From the NCBI GenBank assembly GCA_030603365.1, contig JAUVXV010000006.1:96001-160000 (forward strand): DNA of 64,000 bases. Reading direction: 5' to 3'. This DNA is from Candidatus Heimdallarchaeota archaeon. Lineage in GTDB: Archaea; Asgardarchaeota; Heimdallarchaeia; Heimdallarchaeales; Heimdallarchaeaceae. This document shows positions 59,368 to 64,000 of this stretch, piece by piece (within the stretch, counting starts at the first letter, position 1; each line of letters begins with the position of its first letter). A model generated the notes under the pieces. The model ran no database searches, was not told the DNA's origin, and saw nothing but the letters and a program-made list of their open reading frames with translations. The translations under genes were made by a program, and so were the position numbers.

Positions 59368-59425
59368 ACTTGTGTTTTTGTTGTTTATTCAGATAATGTT
59401 TGTGCTTTTCTGGCAAGATTGAGTA

Positions 59426-59791
59426 GATTTTCACTCAGCAGTTGGTCACAGTAATTGCAAAATATTGCTTTATCACTTATTTTCTTGATGAATTTCTTTG
59501 TGGGATGAAATCTCTTTGTTCTATCTCTTGAGTGCTGTCATGATAGGCTCTATAATCTTTGTCTGTTCTAATTTCATGACTCCTAGAAAGTTTATTTATT
59601 CGTGATCTTGGAATCAGCATAATACCGGATAAGACTAGAACAACAGCACCTCCCACTATTGCGACCAATACCCAGGGGAAAGATTCATCAAAAAGGCCAC
59701 TTTGAAAAGCGAAATAGAATCCTAGCCCTAACAGCAAAATTAAACCAGCTGAAACACCTTTGATTATGTTCGTTTGTCTGTTATTGTTCAT
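59426..59791 (-). pseudogene. Two-TM membrane protein gene whose C-terminal zinc ribbon is frameshifted and IS-interrupted
   Basis: Alternate frame FCNYCDQLLSENL continues across the IS into TKFHNVCGQKLD*. Confidence 0.5.
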
Positions 59792-59879
59792 GCCTAATTA
59801 CTTAGAGTTTGGACACTTATAATCCTTCATTTGTTTCATTACCAGTTTATAGAATTCTTGACAATTTGCATATTGAGTC

Positions 59880-61013
59880 TTATACTTTTCTTCTTTTCTT
59901 TAAACTAACTAAGGTTATTATACAACTTAGAACTAGTGAGACCCCGATGGTTATCATCACACTCCAAATCTTCTGATTATCATTCAATGGGTAAGGTGTT
60001 GAATTAATATACCAAGATTTCAAAACTTCTTCAGCCAACTTCTCTTGAGGTGTGAAGTTCTTCAGATCATGTTCTGTATATATCGCTTCCCAATTCCACC
60101 AATAGAACCCTTTTAACCAAGAGATTTCATTAAAAACCTCAAGAGTAGCTTCATAACATAGAGCTTGTTCATTTTCATCTAACCTTCCTTTTTTCTGCCA
60201 ATTCCAAGGATAAATATTACAGCCGTCTATACTTCTATAACCTAGTTCGGTGAAAATAATATCTTTCCCTAAAGAAGAAGAATAGTCTTCTAATTCAGGC
60301 AGATATTTTTGCCAGCCTTTCTTCAATTCATTTAATGTTGGAACTGTAGAATATGTAAGAGTGTAGTAAGCATTCACTCCTATGTAATCTAACTCATCCC
60401 AGAACGCTATTTGCTGATAACTATCATAAGTGGCTGAATATGTTAAAGGACCAGAATAAATAGCCTTTACTTCACCAATTATATCTACCCATTCTTCCAG
60501 ATAGCTCTCTGTACTTCTCAGCTCGCATCCAATGACAAACAATTCAACACTTTTTTGATCTGCAACATCTGCCCAATAAGTGATATAAGTTGTGTATTCG
60601 TCAAACCATTCCTCTGAAGGTTCGATAAGTGCTCTCCATTCTCCAGTCCTTATATCTACCATTGGTTTTAGAATCACTTTCAAACCTAGAGAGTGTGCTT
60701 CATCAATAAACGTCAAAACGTCAGTTGTATTTACAGAATAGAGATCATAAGCAGGTTGAATTGCTGTAGATGATGGAGTTTCTTGGAACCAGAAGATGCA
60801 GAAAACTACCCACTCAGTACCTGTTGATTTTAACCGCTGTAATGATTCTAAGGCTTTTTCATCTCTAAATTCTGACTCTCCCCAACCTATGAAAGAAAAA
60901 CCTTTCTGGAAATCCAGTTGCTGATAAATTGATTCATGTATATTTCCATTAATCTGGGGAGAACAACCTAAAGGTAATAGCAAAGAAAGCATTAACCAAG
61001 ATCTATAGTTCAC
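59880..61013 (-). CDS. Membrane-anchored glycoside hydrolase family 113
   Basis: LKVILKP, IGCEL, DYIGVNAYY, FTELGYRS, KGFYWWNW; C-terminal TM. Confidence 0.8.
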   Translation of the reverse strand: MNYRSWLMLSLLLPLGCSPQINGNIHESIYQQLDFQKGFSFIGWGESEFRDEKALESLQRLKSTGTEWVVFCIFWFQETPSSTAIQPAYDLYSVNTTDVLTFIDEAHSLGLKVILKPMVDIRTGEWRALIEPSEEWFDEYTTYITYWADVADQKSVELFVIGCELRSTESYLEEWVDIIGEVKAIYSGPLTYSATYDSYQQIAFWDELDYIGVNAYYTLTYSTVPTLNELKKGWQKYLPELEDYSSSLGKDIIFTELGYRSIDGCNIYPWNWQKKGRLDENEQALCYEATLEVFNEISWLKGFYWWNWEAIYTEHDLKNFTPQEKLAEEVLKSWYINSTPYPLNDNQKIWSVMITIGVSLVLSCIITLVSLKKRRKV

Positions 61014-61371
61014 ACTTCTACTATTCTTAGGAGTTATTTAAATATTCATCAGTAAGAAAAAGGAAGATCTGTTAATTTTTTGAAATTTATGTTCTAGAGG
61101 AAATTTCAGTTATTATCAGAAGCTGGTTTTCCACACATTCTCCACCTCGTTTTTAGATATTCAGTGAGTCTAGCTGGTTCTAGTTTAGACAGAAATTATA
61201 TCCAAAACCTACATTTTACTATAAAATTGCTATTTTTGTTTCTATATCGATTTTACCTTGCAAAGATGAAGGTAAGAGTATGGGGAAATGCTTTTATTCG
61301 TCACTCTTAGTGTTAACAATTCGAAAAATCTTGCTATGTTTCGAAAATATAGCAAAATAGAGGTCGATATT

Positions 61372-62829
61372 ATGAAAATAAAGAATAATCAATTTAAAAT
61401 TGGTTTAACTATTCTTATTATTAGTTTCTTACTATATTCTTATGAACCGTCTCAAATAACGGCAAATCTGAATAACAATTTCAACTGGGAATGGGGTACA
61501 ATAGAAGTTGTTTCAACAGAGAGCTCAGATTATTGCGCGGACCCATGCGTTGCAGTTGATGATTTTGGTAACATTCATGTGGTTTGGGAAGAAAATACAA
61601 ACTATGGTGGAAGTGGAACTGACTATGACATTTTCTATAAACAATGGGATGCAACATCTTCAACTTGGGGTACAACAGAGGTTGTGTCCACAGAAAGCTG
61701 GGATAGCTCAAAAGATCCTTCTTTAGCAGTTGATGCTTCTGGAAATGTACATGTAGTTTGGGAAGACAATACTGACATTGGGGGGGCAGGAGACGAGTAT
61801 GATATTTTTTATAAAATTAGGATAGCCTCTCTCTCTACATGGACAGTAACTGAAGAGATTAGTATATTTAGTTTATATACATCATTGGATCCTTCTATAG
61901 CTATTGATTCTATTGTGAATATACATATAGTGTGGAGAGATAGTTCAACTTGGTCAGGATCAGGTTTGGATACGGATATTTATTATAAATTTTGGAATTC
62001 TTCCTCTAGTTCTTGGAACATCTCATCACTAGTTTCAACTGAAAGTACAGGTGCTTCATACGACCCTTCTATAACTATTGATTCCTCAGATAATCGGCAT
62101 TTAGTTTGGTATGATGAGACAGATTATGATAGTAATGGTAACGATTTTGATATCTTCTATAAAGTTTCAAACGAGGCAACTTTTACGTGGTCATCACCTC
62201 AAATAGTAACTAGTGAAAGTGGTCTTGATTCCTACGCCCCGTCTAGTGTTGTTGATGTGAATGGAAACATTCATGTAGTTTGGATAGAGAACCAGGGTAC
62301 TATTTCTTATCCAGAATCTAATATTTTCTACAAAGTTTGGATTTCATCTGTCTCTTCTTGGTCAATTGCGCAGGATCTATCAGCAGAGTTCAATATCCTT
62401 TGTAACCGACCTTCTGTCTTGGTCGATTCAGCAGAAAATGTGCATGTTTTTTGGGATGAAGCATTTTACTTTATGGAAGAACCTTATGAAGTTAAGTATA
62501 AACGTTGGGAAACTTCTAGTTCCTCCTGGACTACCAAAGAAATTGTTTCTTCAGGTATTGGTGGTGGTGATAGAACCGCAATCAGTGCTTCACCAGCAAT
62601 TGACTCACTAAATAAAATCCATTTAGTCTGGATGGACAACAATGATTACGATGGTAGTGGATTAGATGCTGACATTCTCTACAGAATGTTACTTGAAGCC
62701 CCTATTGTTCCTGAGTTAGAAATCAATGTTTTAAATTTCCTCGAATACTTGATAATCTCAGGCCTAATATCAGGTTTTATTGTTCTACCAATCTTAGTTT
62801 CTAGAATTCGCAAGAGAAATTTCAATTGA
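61372..62829 (+). CDS. Seven-repeat beta-propeller surface protein, paralog of 48753
   Basis: Same repeat unit; VPEL plus TM plus basic tail; likely ATG at 61372. Confidence 0.78.
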   Translation: MKIKNNQFKIGLTILIISFLLYSYEPSQITANLNNNFNWEWGTIEVVSTESSDYCADPCVAVDDFGNIHVVWEENTNYGGSGTDYDIFYKQWDATSSTWGTTEVVSTESWDSSKDPSLAVDASGNVHVVWEDNTDIGGAGDEYDIFYKIRIASLSTWTVTEEISIFSLYTSLDPSIAIDSIVNIHIVWRDSSTWSGSGLDTDIYYKFWNSSSSSWNISSLVSTESTGASYDPSITIDSSDNRHLVWYDETDYDSNGNDFDIFYKVSNEATFTWSSPQIVTSESGLDSYAPSSVVDVNGNIHVVWIENQGTISYPESNIFYKVWISSVSSWSIAQDLSAEFNILCNRPSVLVDSAENVHVFWDEAFYFMEEPYEVKYKRWETSSSSWTTKEIVSSGIGGGDRTAISASPAIDSLNKIHLVWMDNNDYDGSGLDADILYRMLLEAPIVPELEINVLNFLEYLIISGLISGFIVLPILVSRIRKRNFN

Positions 62830-62934
62830 GCTAGTATATACTAGTTCATACTTTTTCTCAATGTCATACCATTAGTTAAGGAAAGAGAACGTGCTATTCA
62901 GTAATAGAAGTAATGGAGAAAAAAAAGAAAAGAA

Positions 62935-64000
62935 TTAGGTAAGATAGAAAAGATTACTTCCGTCTTCATCCCATTCTTGAGGTCTGTCATTTTTCCCTTT
63001 GATGGGATAGATAGAGTAAGCCCAATCAAAGTTTCCTTCCATGTCTGTATGATCACTTCCTCCTTGAATTAATCCTACATCTAGGAACCAATAAGTCCAT
63101 GCTCCGTTTTCATACGATGGTTCATCATAACCATAACCTTTCGCAGTACAAGTTGTAGTAACATACATTATACCTACTGGATTATCTGCTTGTAATTCAG
63201 GAATGAATCCTCCTGAACTACAACTATCAAAGAACATGAAAATCTTACCAGCAGCAGTATTGCCAATTATAGAAGAGATTTCATAATCAAAGATGTCATA
63301 ATCCCAAATAGTAGTGCTTGTATCCCATGAACAAATTGTGTGTTGAACTCTATCATATGCAGCACCATGACCAGAGAATATGAAGGCTATTGTATCTTCA
63401 GGGCCTTTACTTGCCACAAGGTTTTGTAATTCAGAGAGTATATTTGCTTTAGTTGCTAAACCATCATACTTAGGATAATCAGAGGTGTGACCATCCCCTA
63501 GTACAACTATATTGTCATAGCCTATTCCATACAAGTAATTGTACCAATCACTTGCATCGTCATCGCAATAATCTAAATCGCTTAGATAGCCATAATCACT
63601 TATTCCTACAATAAGAGCAAAGTAATTCCCAGAAGGAGGAGGAGAAGGACTTCCATTATCTACATTAACAGTTATAGTATCTGATCCTCTCTTGTTTGCA
63701 CTGTCATAAGCTTTAGCTGATATTATATGAATTCTATCAGTGTAAGTTGTTGTATCCCAAGTATAGCTATTAGCATGAATCATGAAAATGCCATCAATAT
63801 AAATATCTGCAATTAAGGGAGTGTCTTCTTTGTCACTCGCTTCGACAGTAATCAAAACTGAACCAGTAACAGTTGCTCCTTTAGAAGGATTAATTATCGA
63901 AACATTTGGTGTCTGTTTATTTCCTAGAGGTACAGGTAATTTTACTCTTGTATTTGGATTACTAGTAGCTTCAACACAAATCAAGAATGATGATAGTAAA
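62935..64000 (-). CDS. Caspase-family (C14) peptidase with N-terminal Ig-like domain, 5' end outside window
   Basis: ALIVGISDY, FSGHG, FDSCSSGG His-Cys dyad; frame continues upstream as hydrophobic LLSSFLICVEA. Confidence 0.82.
   Translation of the reverse strand, partial: LLSSFLICVEATSNPNTRVKLPVPLGNKQTPNVSIINPSKGATVTGSVLITVEASDKEDTPLIADIYIDGIFMIHANSYTWDTTTYTDRIHIISAKAYDSANKRGSDTITVNVDNGSPSPPPSGNYFALIVGISDYGYLSDLDYCDDDASDWYNYLYGIGYDNIVVLGDGHTSDYPKYDGLATKANILSELQNLVASKGPEDTIAFIFSGHGAAYDRVQHTICSWDTSTTIWDYDIFDYEISSIIGNTAAGKIFMFFDSCSSGGFIPELQADNPVGIMYVTTTCTAKGYGYDEPSYENGAWTYWFLDVGLIQGGSDHTDMEGNFDWAYSIYPIKGKNDRPQEWDEDGSNLFYLT

Larger units (their letters stand above)
56753..59425 (-). mobile_element. 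IS607-family element (tnpA serine recombinase plus tnpB)
   Basis: Higher GC than flanks; subterminal inverted repeat CTTGCCAGAA at 56757-56766 and 59408-59417; joining the flanks restores a reading frame. Confidence 0.8.

Noticed and set aside
772-62611. Numerous short antisense or nested ORFs (e.g. 772-1020, 6919-7266, 21190-22195, 51448-51732)
   Set aside because: Opposite-strand or off-frame shadows of well-supported genes

Overview
AT-rich (roughly 30% GC by eye) prokaryotic window. It is most consistent with an Asgard archaeon (Heimdallarchaeia-like); this is inferred from TATA-type promoters, Ig-repeat and PEF-type anchored surface proteins, multi-wHTH Lrp-like regulators and an Mbx/Mbs-like oxidoreductase. 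No rRNA, tRNA or CRISPR array was seen. Bases 1-30.6 kb form a defence island containing PD-(D/E)xK, GIY-YIG and HNH nucleases, an HhH DNA glycosylase, an RNase III with two dsRBDs, a Regnase/NYN-type PIN RNase, an operon encoding a HEPN-like protein with an OAS/CD-NTase-like nucleotidyltransferase and a second minimal NTase, RNase HI, and a DptFGH/MADS-like ATPase operon extended by an HNH nuclease. Bases 30.7-46.8 kb hold a duplicated regulator/Zn-ribbon module (second regulator pseudogenised), an unannotated 17-aa peptide gene with a perfect SD, and large surface proteins. A palindromic motif, ATGGT-N19-ACCAT, recurs at about 12 intergenic sites at a fixed ~50 bp from TATA-like boxes and links defence and surface genes into a putative regulon. 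Bases 47-64 kb contain beta-propeller surface proteins, a membrane-arm-less Mbx/Mbs-like NuoBCDI cluster, an F420-dependent LLM enzyme, an IS607 element with an oversized atypical TnpB, a GH113 and a probably secreted caspase-family protease. All family calls come from motif recognition, not database searches.
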